From an uncultured Candidatus Saccharibacteria bacterium (lineage in GTDB: Bacteria; Patescibacteriota; Minisyncoccia; Phycocordibacterales; PALSA-1337): DNA of 44,836 bases. Position 1 is the first letter of the stretch. The number at the start of each line of letters is the position of its first letter. Below the pieces are notes generated by a model. That model had not been told where the DNA came from. It saw only the letters and a list, made by a program, of their open reading frames with translations, and did no database searches. The position numbers were made by a program, and so were the translations under genes. The stretch spans positions 1 to 44,836 of the forward strand of contig CAZQAQ010000004.1 in the NCBI GenBank assembly GCA_964591325.1, written 5' to 3'. Shown piece by piece: positions 17,347 through 26,390 of this stretch.

Positions 17347-17415
17347 GGGCTCCGATAGGTATCAATATTGTATCTTACCAGTACAGTATTAGGGGTTCGA
17401 AACCCCTGGAGTCCA
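17347..17415 (+). tRNA. atypical tRNA-like gene, anticodon UAC (Val) if functional
   Basis: Acceptor GGGCTCC/GGAGTCC (one G-U pair). T-arm AGGGG-TTCGAAA-CCCCT. Anticodon stem TGTAT/GTACA with loop CTTACCA. The D region is only ~12 nt with at best a 3-bp AT stem. Position 8 is G and position 37 is C. No CCA is encoded. Confidence 0.45.
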
Positions 17416-17422
17416 GTAAAAG

Positions 17423-17451
17423 TTGACTCATTAATTTATTTTATCTATTAT
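17423..17451 (+). promoter_or_regulatory. sigma70-type promoter with no ORF downstream
   Basis: TTGACT (17423-17428), 17-nt spacer, TATTAT (17446-17451). Confidence 0.55.
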
Positions 17452-17457
17452 ACATAG

Positions 17458-17527
17458 TATCGATTTATTCGATTGGTGGACTCTTTTGTACACTGGTAAC
17501 AAAATATCGCAGAAATGCGATTTTTTG
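17458..17527 (+). ncRNA. candidate ~70-nt small RNA (orphan promoter-terminator unit)
   Basis: Lies between the promoter above and the terminator at 17506-17527. Has an internal hairpin ATCGA-tttat-TCGAT. No ORF is present. frr has its own promoter downstream. Confidence 0.35.
17506..17527 (+). terminator. rho-independent terminator
   Basis: ATCGCA-gaaa-TGCGAT followed by TTTTTT. Confidence 0.65.
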
Positions 17528-17533
17528 TTTTAA

Positions 17534-17562
17534 TTGTAAACACTGTCTAATTGGTCTATAAT
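17534..17562 (+). promoter_or_regulatory. sigma70-type promoter of frr operon
   Basis: TTGTAA, 17-nt spacer, TATAAT, 22 nt before ATG 17584. Confidence 0.55.
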
Positions 17563-17583
17563 TGGTAAATAATAAATAAAAAT

Positions 17584-18135
17584 ATGCCATACGATTTTTC
17601 TAAATTTAAAAAGTCACTTACAGGAGCTGAGGATTGGATAAAAAAGGAGTTTTCAGGTATTAGAACTGGACAAGCAAGTCCTAGTCTACTTGATTCTGTT
17701 AAAGTTGATTCATATGGGGTATTGAGCCCAATATCACAGATAGGATCAGTTACAGTAGAAGGCCCTCGTACTATTCGTATTGTTCCTTGGGATAGTGCTC
17801 AGGTTAAAGATATAGAAAAGGCAATTACTGTTGCAAACCTAGGTGTTTCTGTAGTTGTTGATGATAAAGGTTTAAGAGTAAATTTTCCAGAATTAACTGA
17901 AGATAGAAGAAAAGATATAGTAAAACTAGCAAAGGAAAAGCTAGAAGATGGTAAAAAACAAGTTAGAATGCATAGAGATGATGTAATGAAAGATCTTCAG
18001 ACAAAAGAAAAAGATGGATCAATGGGTAAAGATGATGTTTTTAGATATAAAAATGAAGCACAAAAAATAGTAGATGAAGCAAATAAAAAGCTTGATGAGG
18101 CTTTTGCTAAGAAAGAAAAAGAGATAATTTCATGA
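17584..18135 (+). CDS. frr: ribosome recycling factor
   Basis: 183 aa. FSGIRTGQASPSLLD, NLGVS, FPELTEDRRKDIVK, RDDVMK. Confidence 0.9.
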   Translation: MPYDFSKFKKSLTGAEDWIKKEFSGIRTGQASPSLLDSVKVDSYGVLSPISQIGSVTVEGPRTIRIVPWDSAQVKDIEKAITVANLGVSVVVDDKGLRVNFPELTEDRRKDIVKLAKEKLEDGKKQVRMHRDDVMKDLQTKEKDGSMGKDDVFRYKNEAQKIVDEANKKLDEAFAKKEKEIIS

Positions 18136-19205
18136 CAGTAATAATATTTCTAATAGTTCTCGCAATTTTGATTTTTGTCCATGAACTAGGTCATTTTCTT
18201 TTTGCCATTCGTGCTGGCATAAGAGTAGATGAATTTGCTTTAGGTTTTGGTCCAAAGCTATTTTCTTTCAAAAGAGGGGAGACTGTATATAAACTTAACC
18301 TAATTCCATTTGGTGGATATGTGAAGATCTTTGGTGAAAATCCAGATGAAGAGTCTATTTCTGGAAATGATAGTTCTAGAAGTTTTGTTAACGCTAGTAA
18401 GATAAATCAAGCTCTAGTTCTATTTGCTGGAGTATTTTTTAACTTTATATTTGCTTGGATACTTGTAAGTATTGCTTTTACAATAGGTACACTTACCACA
18501 ACTGATAGTTATCCAAAATATATGGATAGAATGTCTAATCCTAGTATAACTATTACTTATGTAGAACCAGATTCCCCTGCATATAAAGCAGGATTAAAGG
18601 CTGGAGATACAATACTCGGTTTTTCTGAAGTAAAAGATGTTCAAGATTATATTTATAAAAGTGAAGGTAAGTCTATAAATATAAAATACAATAGAGGCGG
18701 AATAGTTGAAATAAAAGACGTTGTACCTGCAAAGGGTATAGTTGGAGATAAATATGCTATAGGTATAGCTATGGATAAGACATCTATACTGAAACTCCCA
18801 TTTTATTTAGCTATATATGAAGGTGGAAAGTTTACACTTCATATTATGAAAGAAACAGTTACAGGTTTTGCAGATCTAATACTAGGTTTCTTTCACGGTA
18901 AATCAAATCTCTCTTCAGTTACTGGTCCAGTAGGTATTGCTGGTATGGTAGGGGATGCAGCAAAACTTGGATTTAATTACCTTATTATGTTCACAGCGAT
19001 AATATCGGTTAATCTTGGAATAATAAATCTTGTTCCATTCCCAGCACTTGATGGAGGAAGAATACTTTTTGTAATGATTGAATCAATAATAGGTAAGCCA
19101 ATAAAAGCAAATGTGGCAAATACTATAAATACGATTGGCTTCGGTTTGCTTATGTTACTTATAATTACTGTAACTTATAGAGATATTGCAAAGTTGTTTC
19201 ATTAG
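18132..19205 (+). CDS. rseP: site-2 (M50) RIP metalloprotease RseP
   Basis: 357 aa. HELGHF zinc motif in the first TM helix, a central PDZ-like segment, and NLVPFPALDGGRI. ATGA overlap with frr. Confidence 0.85.
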   Translation: MTVIIFLIVLAILIFVHELGHFLFAIRAGIRVDEFALGFGPKLFSFKRGETVYKLNLIPFGGYVKIFGENPDEESISGNDSSRSFVNASKINQALVLFAGVFFNFIFAWILVSIAFTIGTLTTTDSYPKYMDRMSNPSITITYVEPDSPAYKAGLKAGDTILGFSEVKDVQDYIYKSEGKSINIKYNRGGIVEIKDVVPAKGIVGDKYAIGIAMDKTSILKLPFYLAIYEGGKFTLHIMKETVTGFADLILGFFHGKSNLSSVTGPVGIAGMVGDAAKLGFNYLIMFTAIISVNLGIINLVPFPALDGGRILFVMIESIIGKPIKANVANTINTIGFGLLMLLIITVTYRDIAKLFH

Positions 19206-19259
19206 TTGTATTGATTTTTTATTCTACACATAACTTTATTTTAATGATAGGATGTGTCT

Positions 19260-20531
19260 ATGAAGCAATCAAAACTATTTTCAAAAACAAGAAGAGAAGC
19301 GCCAAAAGATGAGGTTTCAAAGAATGCAGAATTACTTATTCGTGCAGGTTTTATATACAAAGACATGGCAGGAGTGTATACATTTCTTCCACTAGGCTTA
19401 AGAGTTTTAAATAAGATATCAAATATCATAAGAGAAGAGATGAATAAACTAGGCGCTGAAGAAATGTTGCTTACATCACTTCAAGATAAAAAAGTGTGGG
19501 AAAAAACTGGAAGATGGAGTGATGATGTGGTTGATAATTGGTTTAAAACAAAATTAAAAAATGATACTGAGCTTGGTCTAGGGTTTACTCATGAGGAACC
19601 TCTTACAAGACTTATGAAGGATTATATAAGATCATTTAGAGATCTTCCTTTATATGTATTTCAAATTCAAACAAAGTTTAGAAATGAAGCTAGGGCAAAA
19701 AGTGGAATCATGAGAATGAGAGAATTTTATATGAAAGATATGTATTCTTTCTCAAAGGACAATGCTCAACATGAAGAGTTCTATGATAAAGCTGGTCAAG
19801 CATATAAAAATGTTTTTAATAGGCTAGGTTTGGGTGATATAACATACATGACTTTTGCTTCAGGAGGATCGTTTTCAAAATATTCTCATGAATTTCAGAC
19901 AATAACAGAAGCGGGTGAAGATATAATATATGTTGATGAAAAAAAGCATATAGCTATAAACAAAGAAGTTTTTAACGATGATGTATGTAAGGATCTAGGT
20001 ATAAAGAAAGAAGATTTGAAGGAAAAGAAAGCTGTAGAGGTTGGTAACATATTTTCTCTAGGAACACGTTTTTCTGATGCTTTTGAACTATTTTATTCAG
20101 ATGAAAAAGGGGAAAAGAAACCTATAGTAATGGGTAGTTATGGTATAGGTCCAGGAAGAGTAATGGGGGTAATTGCTGAAACCTTATCAGATGATAAAGG
20201 TTTAGTATGGCCAATAAATGTTTCTCCTTTTGATATTCATCTTATATCACTCGATGAATCACTAAATTCAGTCGCAAATGATATATACAATAAACTCTCA
20301 GATAAAAATATAACTGTTTTATTTGATGATAGGGATGTAAGACCTGGGGAAAAATTTGCTGATAGTGATCTCATAGGTATACCTCTTAGAGTTGTAATAG
20401 GAGAAAAGAATATGAAAGAAAATATGGTTGAAATAAAAGATCGAAAGTCTGGTGAAGTAAAAAATATTAAAATAGAGTCACTAATACAATATATACAGGA
20501 CGAAATATCAAGACTCCATGATAAAAAATAA
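19260..20531 (+). CDS. proS: proline--tRNA ligase (short form without INS editing domain)
   Basis: Class II motifs: FRNEARAKSGIMRMREFYMKD, GSYGIGPGRVMG. C-terminal anticodon-binding domain. ATG 19260 is preferred over GTG 19254. Confidence 0.9.
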   Translation: MKQSKLFSKTRREAPKDEVSKNAELLIRAGFIYKDMAGVYTFLPLGLRVLNKISNIIREEMNKLGAEEMLLTSLQDKKVWEKTGRWSDDVVDNWFKTKLKNDTELGLGFTHEEPLTRLMKDYIRSFRDLPLYVFQIQTKFRNEARAKSGIMRMREFYMKDMYSFSKDNAQHEEFYDKAGQAYKNVFNRLGLGDITYMTFASGGSFSKYSHEFQTITEAGEDIIYVDEKKHIAINKEVFNDDVCKDLGIKKEDLKEKKAVEVGNIFSLGTRFSDAFELFYSDEKGEKKPIVMGSYGIGPGRVMGVIAETLSDDKGLVWPINVSPFDIHLISLDESLNSVANDIYNKLSDKNITVLFDDRDVRPGEKFADSDLIGIPLRVVIGEKNMKENMVEIKDRKSGEVKNIKIESLIQYIQDEISRLHDKK

Positions 20532-21582
20532 TTTTCTAGAAAGAATATATGAAAAGTTTTCAAATGATATAGGTATTGATCTGGGAACAGCCAATACTAT
20601 AGTTTATGTTCGTGGAAGAGGAATAGTTGTAAATGAACCTTCAGTTGTAGCTCTAAATCAAAAAACTGGTAGAGTTGTAGCTTTTGGTCTTGAAGCAAAA
20701 AATATGTTGGGAAGAACACCACCACATATAGTAGCTGTAAGACCATTAACAGACGGAGTCATATCTGATTTTGAAGTAGCGGAAGAGATGGTCGCCTATC
20801 TCATAAGAAAAGCAGAAAGTTTTTCAAAAAAATTTTTAGCACCAAGGGTTGTTGTGGGTGTACCTTCAGGAGTTACAAATGTTGAAGCTAGAGCAGTTTA
20901 TGATGCAGTAAAAAGTGGTGGGGGTAGAGATGTTTATATAGTAGAGGAACCGATGGCAGGTGCTATAGGTATAGGTCTTCCTATATTTGAACCAGTTGGA
21001 AATATGATAATCGATATTGGTGGTGGAACTACTGATATAGCACTTATATCACTAGGTGGTATCGTAAGATCTAAAAATTTAAAAATAGCTGGAGATAAAC
21101 TCAATAACGATATTATTTCGTATATAAGAAATGAGTTTAAAATACTAATTGGCGAAAAGACTGCTGAGGAGATAAAAATATCTATTGGCGCCGCGATTCA
21201 AAAGAAACCTAGTGAGACAGTAGTTAGAGGTAGAGATTTGATAACAGGCTTGCCAAGAGAGGTTGTTATAACCACTGCTGATGTTATGGAAGCTATGGGT
21301 AATTCTATAGAAACTATTATTCAGTCAGCTAGAGAAATCCTAGAGACAACACCACCAGAAATACTTTCTGATGTTATGAGAAGAGGGGTTCATATAGTTG
21401 GTGGTGGAGCCCTTATAAAAGGTTTTGATGAACTATTATCTGAAGCACTAAAGATTCCGGTATATGTGGATGACGATCCGCTAACAGCTATAGCAAGAGG
21501 TACAGGTATAATACTAGAAAATCTAGATAAATATAAAGAAGTTTTAATAAATAATGAAGATGAATTACGAGCTCAAAAATGA
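20518..21582 (+). CDS. mreB: rod-shape protein MreB (paralogue 2, in mreBCD-mrdA operon)
   Basis: IGIDLGTANTIVYV, EPSVVA, MIIDIGGGTTDIALISLGGIV, VHIVGGGALIKG. Confidence 0.9.
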   Translation: MIKNNFLERIYEKFSNDIGIDLGTANTIVYVRGRGIVVNEPSVVALNQKTGRVVAFGLEAKNMLGRTPPHIVAVRPLTDGVISDFEVAEEMVAYLIRKAESFSKKFLAPRVVVGVPSGVTNVEARAVYDAVKSGGGRDVYIVEEPMAGAIGIGLPIFEPVGNMIIDIGGGTTDIALISLGGIVRSKNLKIAGDKLNNDIISYIRNEFKILIGEKTAEEIKISIGAAIQKKPSETVVRGRDLITGLPREVVITTADVMEAMGNSIETIIQSAREILETTPPEILSDVMRRGVHIVGGGALIKGFDELLSEALKIPVYVDDDPLTAIARGTGIILENLDKYKEVLINNEDELRAQK

Positions 21583-22348
21583 GTATGCAAATAGAAAAAG
21601 TAAAAACAAGCCAATAATATTTGTTATAACTTTCTTATTAGCTGTACTTATCGTACATATTATAAAACCAAGTCTTATTCCTGGGGTATTTTCATATTTA
21701 TTTAGTCCATTTTGGAAAGTAGAATCAGATATTAGATATGGTAATGAATATATAAATCACGCTGATTTGATAAAAAAGATTGATCAAATGGAAAGGGATA
21801 TGGATAATCAAGATGCACTTATAAAGTCTTATCAAGTATTAAAAAAAGAAAATGAAGATCTAAAGGCTATATTGAATAGAAAAGAAAATAAAAATCTTAT
21901 TTTGGCACAGATCTTGAAAAAACCGCCATATTCTTTTTACGATACCCTGATAGTTGATGTTGGAGAAAAAGATAAAATAGAAAAAGGAAATTTGGTATAT
22001 ATCGGAGCTACTATACCAATCGGTACTGTGGATGAAGTCTATGCAAATACCAGTAAAATAAAACTATACTCAACACCAAAAGAGAAATTTGATGCTCTAG
22101 TAGGTCCAAAAAATATTGAAATAACTGCTTTTGGTAAAGGAGCAGGGGTTTTTGAAGCTCAATTACCTAGAGATGCATTTATATCTGAAGGAGATACAGT
22201 ATCTATTCCAAGTATTTCAAATTCTTTTGTAGGTGTAGTAAAAAAGATAGTTTTTGAACCTAGTAGCCCGTTCTCCACAATACTATTTTCACAACCAATA
22301 AATATAAATGAATTGAAATGGGTAGAGATATCTATAAACAATAAATAA
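21554..22348 (+). CDS. mreC: rod-shape protein MreC
   Basis: 264 aa. Position after mreB, N-terminal TM helix, coiled-coil (QVLKKENEDLKAIL) and a C-terminal beta-rich domain. Confidence 0.7.
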   Translation: MKMNYELKNEYANRKSKNKPIIFVITFLLAVLIVHIIKPSLIPGVFSYLFSPFWKVESDIRYGNEYINHADLIKKIDQMERDMDNQDALIKSYQVLKKENEDLKAILNRKENKNLILAQILKKPPYSFYDTLIVDVGEKDKIEKGNLVYIGATIPIGTVDEVYANTSKIKLYSTPKEKFDALVGPKNIEITAFGKGAGVFEAQLPRDAFISEGDTVSIPSISNSFVGVVKKIVFEPSSPFSTILFSQPININELKWVEISINNK

Positions 22349-22626
22349 TGCAGATAAATTTTTACTTCAGATTAATTTCATTTATTATCATTTCATCTCT
22401 TATTGTTTTTGGGCATGTTTGGATTTCAATTTTAGTATCACTTTGTTTATTATTTTATATAAATAATTATTATGAATTTGTGTTTTTTGGTTTATTGATA
22501 GATTCAATATATGGTTCAAATATATTGTTTGATGGTTTTAAATACAACACATTATTATTCTCAGTAATTATATTTATTTTAGTTTTCTATTTAAAAAAAG
22601 TGATAATCAAGTATGGCAATAATTAA
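22348..22626 (+). CDS. mreD: MreD-like small polytopic membrane protein
   Basis: 92 aa, almost entirely hydrophobic. ATAATG overlap with mreC. Call is by position between mreC and mrdA. Confidence 0.55.
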   Translation: MQINFYFRLISFIIISSLIVFGHVWISILVSLCLLFYINNYYEFVFFGLLIDSIYGSNILFDGFKYNTLLFSVIIFILVFYLKKVIIKYGNN

Positions 22627-24307
22627 TTTTTTTAAGAAAAAAAATAAAAGATCATACAAGGAGATTGCTCCAGATGAGATTTTTATGGATTCAAAAAATC
22701 TGCCTGACTTTGATACAAATCAATTTGAAGGACGTATAGAAAAACCGATAAATAGAATAAGTCTATTCTCTGTTTTGTTTGCTTTTATGATTATAGGAAG
22801 TATTTATCTATATAGGGCATATATACTTCAGATAAGAGATGGTGATACATATACAAGGAAAAGTGAAAATAATAGATTGATACATACACCCATATTTGCT
22901 TCAAGAGGAGTTATATATGATAGAAACAATTCTGAATTGGCTTGGAATACACCTGGAGATGATCCAAATATTTCGGTAAGAGAATACTCAAAAATCCCTG
23001 GCATAGCTCATGTTGTGGGGTACATTCAATATCCATCAAAGGATAGTGCTGGATTTTACTATAGAGAAGATTTTGAAGGGGTGGATGGGGTTGAAAAATA
23101 TTTCAATTCTATTTTGACAGGTAAAAATGGTTTGAGACTCATAGAGGTTGATTCTAGAGGTAGAGTTCAATCTGGAAATATAGTTGAAGCTCCAAAAACT
23201 GGAGGTAGTGTTACTTTGTCGATTGATTCAAGAGTGCAATCAGAAATGTTTAATGCAATAAAAAATATTGCAGAAAATGTAGGTTTTGCCGGTGGTGCTG
23301 GTGTAATGATTGATGTCACAAATGGTGAAATAATATCTATGACAAGTTATCCTGAGTTTGATCCCCATGTCATGTCATTGAAGCAAGACCCTGTAGCAGT
23401 TAGGTCTTATTTAACAAATAAAAATAAACCATTTCTAAATAGAGCTACAGATGGTCTATATGCTCCTGGGTCTATCGTAAAGCCATACGTTGCACTCGGT
23501 GCTCTAACTGAAAAAGTTATAGATCCAATGAAGAAAATTTTGAGTACAGGATCTATTTCTATTAAAAATGAATACAATAAGGATTTACAAACCGTATTTA
23601 AGGACTGGAAAGCTCTAGGATATGTAGATATGAGACATGCTATAGCAATGTCTTCAGACGTTTACTTTTATGAAGTAGGAGGAGGATATAAAGATCAAAA
23701 AGGTTTGGGTATAGAGAGGCTTCACAAATACATGACAATGTTTGGTTTTGGTGAAGCAATAGATAAAGAGTCATTTTTTACTGGACCTGCAGGTGTAGTT
23801 CCTTCGCCTGAATGGAAAGCAAAAAACTTTGATGGAGAAACATGGAGACTTGGAAATACTTACCACACCGCTATAGGTCAGTACGGTTTCCAAACGTCAC
23901 CAATACAGGTGGTAAGAGCTGTTTCTGCTATTGCTACAAAAGGCACATTGAGAAACCCAAGTATATTAAAGGGAGTTCCAGGAGAGATAATTAGAGATAT
24001 TCCTATTTCAAAATCAAATTTCGACATAATACACGAAGGTATGAGACTGGGGGTTACAGAAGGTACAGGTAAGGCATTAAACGTAAGTACAGTACATGTT
24101 GCTTCAAAGAGTGGTACAGCAGAATTAGGACTTGAAAAATCAAATGTGAATTCATGGATTACAGGATTTTTCCCATATGAGAACCCGCACTATGCTTTTG
24201 CTATAGTTATGGAAAAAGGTTCTGTACATAACCTCATAGGTGCAGCTGCTGCTATGAGACAGGTTTTGGACTGGATGGGTAAAAATACACCAGAATATTT
24301 TAAATAA
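22613..24307 (+). CDS. mrdA: penicillin-binding protein 2 (elongasome transpeptidase)
   Basis: 564 aa. TM anchor, SxxK (GSIVKP), SxD/N (SSDV), KSG (KSGTAE). Call supported by operon context. Confidence 0.85.
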   Translation: MAIINFFKKKNKRSYKEIAPDEIFMDSKNLPDFDTNQFEGRIEKPINRISLFSVLFAFMIIGSIYLYRAYILQIRDGDTYTRKSENNRLIHTPIFASRGVIYDRNNSELAWNTPGDDPNISVREYSKIPGIAHVVGYIQYPSKDSAGFYYREDFEGVDGVEKYFNSILTGKNGLRLIEVDSRGRVQSGNIVEAPKTGGSVTLSIDSRVQSEMFNAIKNIAENVGFAGGAGVMIDVTNGEIISMTSYPEFDPHVMSLKQDPVAVRSYLTNKNKPFLNRATDGLYAPGSIVKPYVALGALTEKVIDPMKKILSTGSISIKNEYNKDLQTVFKDWKALGYVDMRHAIAMSSDVYFYEVGGGYKDQKGLGIERLHKYMTMFGFGEAIDKESFFTGPAGVVPSPEWKAKNFDGETWRLGNTYHTAIGQYGFQTSPIQVVRAVSAIATKGTLRNPSILKGVPGEIIRDIPISKSNFDIIHEGMRLGVTEGTGKALNVSTVHVASKSGTAELGLEKSNVNSWITGFFPYENPHYAFAIVMEKGSVHNLIGAAAAMRQVLDWMGKNTPEYFK

Positions 24308-24376
24308 AATTTTACCTTTACTTTAAGGGCTTTTTTTGATACTATACTGTTACTTATATATTTAATAACAACTATA

Positions 24377-24844
24377 ATGAGCGAAAAAGAGCAGTATCTT
24401 ACAAAAGAAAAAATAGAAGAATTTACAAAAGAGCTTGAGTATTTGAAGACAGATAAGAGAAAGAAAGTTGCTGAAAGTCTAGAATATGCAAAAAAGCTTG
24501 GAGATCTATCAGAAAATGCTGAATATCATGAAGCAAGACAAGAACAGGCAGAAATAGAAGATAGAATAATGTATCTTGAAAGTATACTTAAAAATGCAGT
24601 TATAATGGATGCTCACAGTGGAGATGGGGTAGGTATGGGTTCAACAGTAAAGATAAAAAAAGAAGGTGAAAATGATGCTAGAATTTATAAAATTGTAGGA
24701 TCAGAAGAAGCAGATATGACTTCAGGTAAGTTATCAAATCTTTCACCAATAGGAAGCGCTCTAATAGGTAAAAAAGAAGGAGATAAATTTTCTGTAAACA
24801 CACCAAAAGGTAAAGCAAATTATTCAATCATAAGTATAGAGTAA
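24377..24844 (+). CDS. greA: transcription elongation factor GreA
   Basis: 155 aa. GDLSENAEYHEARQEQ acidic finger tip. C-terminal FKBP-like domain IGSALIGKKEGD. Confidence 0.9.
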   Translation: MSEKEQYLTKEKIEEFTKELEYLKTDKRKKVAESLEYAKKLGDLSENAEYHEARQEQAEIEDRIMYLESILKNAVIMDAHSGDGVGMGSTVKIKKEGENDARIYKIVGSEEADMTSGKLSNLSPIGSALIGKKEGDKFSVNTPKGKANYSIISIE

Positions 24845-24861
24845 TACTCTATATAAAATCT

Positions 24862-26382
24862 ATGGCTTCAATAGAAGAACTTAGAAATACAAGAATACAA
24901 AAACTAGAATTATTAAAAAAGTTTGGAATGGATCCATATCCAGCAAAAGTTCCAAGAACTTTTTGTTTATTTGATGCTAGAGAAAGCTTTGAACAATACA
25001 AGAAAGAAAACAAAACTGTTTCTTTAGTAGGGAGAATAATGGCAATAAGAGGTCAAGGGGCAATTTTATTTGTAGTTTTGAACGATGGTAAGGGGAAGTT
25101 TCAAGCTGTATTTAAAAAAGATGAAATAGAAGAAAAATTATGGAAATTGTTTGTTGATGCAATAGATATAGGAGACTTCATATCTGTTACAGGAACATTT
25201 TTTACAACTGAAAGGGGGGAACCAAGTATTTTGGTAAAAGAATGGGTTATAGCTACAAAAGCTATTTTACCTCTACCAGAAAAGTGGCATGGAATACAGG
25301 ATACAGATGAAAGATATAGAAAGAGATATCTCGACATTCTAATGAATCAAGAGATAAAAGATCTTCTAATAAAGAAATCTAAGTTTTGGGATGTAACTAG
25401 AAAGTTTCTAAAAGACGAAGGATTTTTGGAAGTTGAAACACCGACTCTTGAACTAACAACAGGTGGAGCAGAAGCTACACCTTTCGAAACACATCACAAT
25501 GATTATGACCTTGATGTTTATCTAAGAATATCTGTTGGAGAATTGTGGCAGAAGAGACTTATGGCTGCAGGATTTCAAAAGACATTTGAAATAGGTCGTG
25601 TGTATAGAAATGAAGGTTCAAGTCCAGATCACTTACAAGAATTTACAAATATGGAATTCTATTGGTCTTATGCTGATTACAATATGGGAATGGATCTAGT
25701 TAGAAGAATGTATATAACTATAGCAAAAGAGGTTTTTGGTACTACAAAGTTTACTACAAGAGGACATAGTTTTGATCTAGATACTGAATGGGGCAAAATA
25801 GATTACTGTGAAGAAATAAAAAAACAAACTGGTATAGATGTAAGAAATGCTTCAGAAAAAGAAATAAAAGCAAAATTGGACAGTCTAAAAGTAAAGTATG
25901 AAGGTGACAATATGGAGAGACTTATAGATACTCTATGGAAGTATTGTAGAAAGAATATTGCAGGTCCTGCATTTTTGATAAACCATCCAACACTTATAGG
26001 TCCGCTTGCAAAGTCAGTACAAGGAAAAGATGTAGTTCAGATGTTTCAGCCTATAATTGCTGGAAGTGAATTAGGAAGAGGATATAGCGAGTTAAATGAT
26101 CCTATAGATCAAGCAAATAGATTCAAAGTTCAACAAGAGCTTATAAAACAGGGTGATACAGAAGCCATGATGTCTGATCATGAATTTGTTGAAATGCTAG
26201 AACATGGTATGCCACCAACATGTGGTTTCGGTTTTGGTGAAAGATTCTTTGCTTTCCTTGCAGATAAGCCAATAAGAGAACTACAGTTATTCCCACTAAT
26301 GCGACCAAGAGTAGAAGAAAACAATATAAAACAAGATAGTGAAGAAAAAGATAAAAAAATTAATAAAGCACATAAAAAATAA
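24862..26382 (+). CDS. lysS: lysine--tRNA ligase (class II)
   Basis: 506 aa. OB-fold N-domain, FLEVETP, FEIGRVYRNEG, GFGFGERF. Confidence 0.9.
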   Translation: MASIEELRNTRIQKLELLKKFGMDPYPAKVPRTFCLFDARESFEQYKKENKTVSLVGRIMAIRGQGAILFVVLNDGKGKFQAVFKKDEIEEKLWKLFVDAIDIGDFISVTGTFFTTERGEPSILVKEWVIATKAILPLPEKWHGIQDTDERYRKRYLDILMNQEIKDLLIKKSKFWDVTRKFLKDEGFLEVETPTLELTTGGAEATPFETHHNDYDLDVYLRISVGELWQKRLMAAGFQKTFEIGRVYRNEGSSPDHLQEFTNMEFYWSYADYNMGMDLVRRMYITIAKEVFGTTKFTTRGHSFDLDTEWGKIDYCEEIKKQTGIDVRNASEKEIKAKLDSLKVKYEGDNMERLIDTLWKYCRKNIAGPAFLINHPTLIGPLAKSVQGKDVVQMFQPIIAGSELGRGYSELNDPIDQANRFKVQQELIKQGDTEAMMSDHEFVEMLEHGMPPTCGFGFGERFFAFLADKPIRELQLFPLMRPRVEENNIKQDSEEKDKKINKAHKK

Positions 26383-26390
26383 TACATAAA

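Noticed and set aside
17230-17583. tmRNA in the 350-nt holB-frr spacer (and at 32728-32825)
   Set aside because: The tRNA-like halves at 17347-17415 are contiguous instead of separated by a tag-coding and pseudoknot region, and I could find no resume-codon or tag ORF. At 32805-32825 the 5' strand of the T-stem and the 5' acceptor partner are missing.
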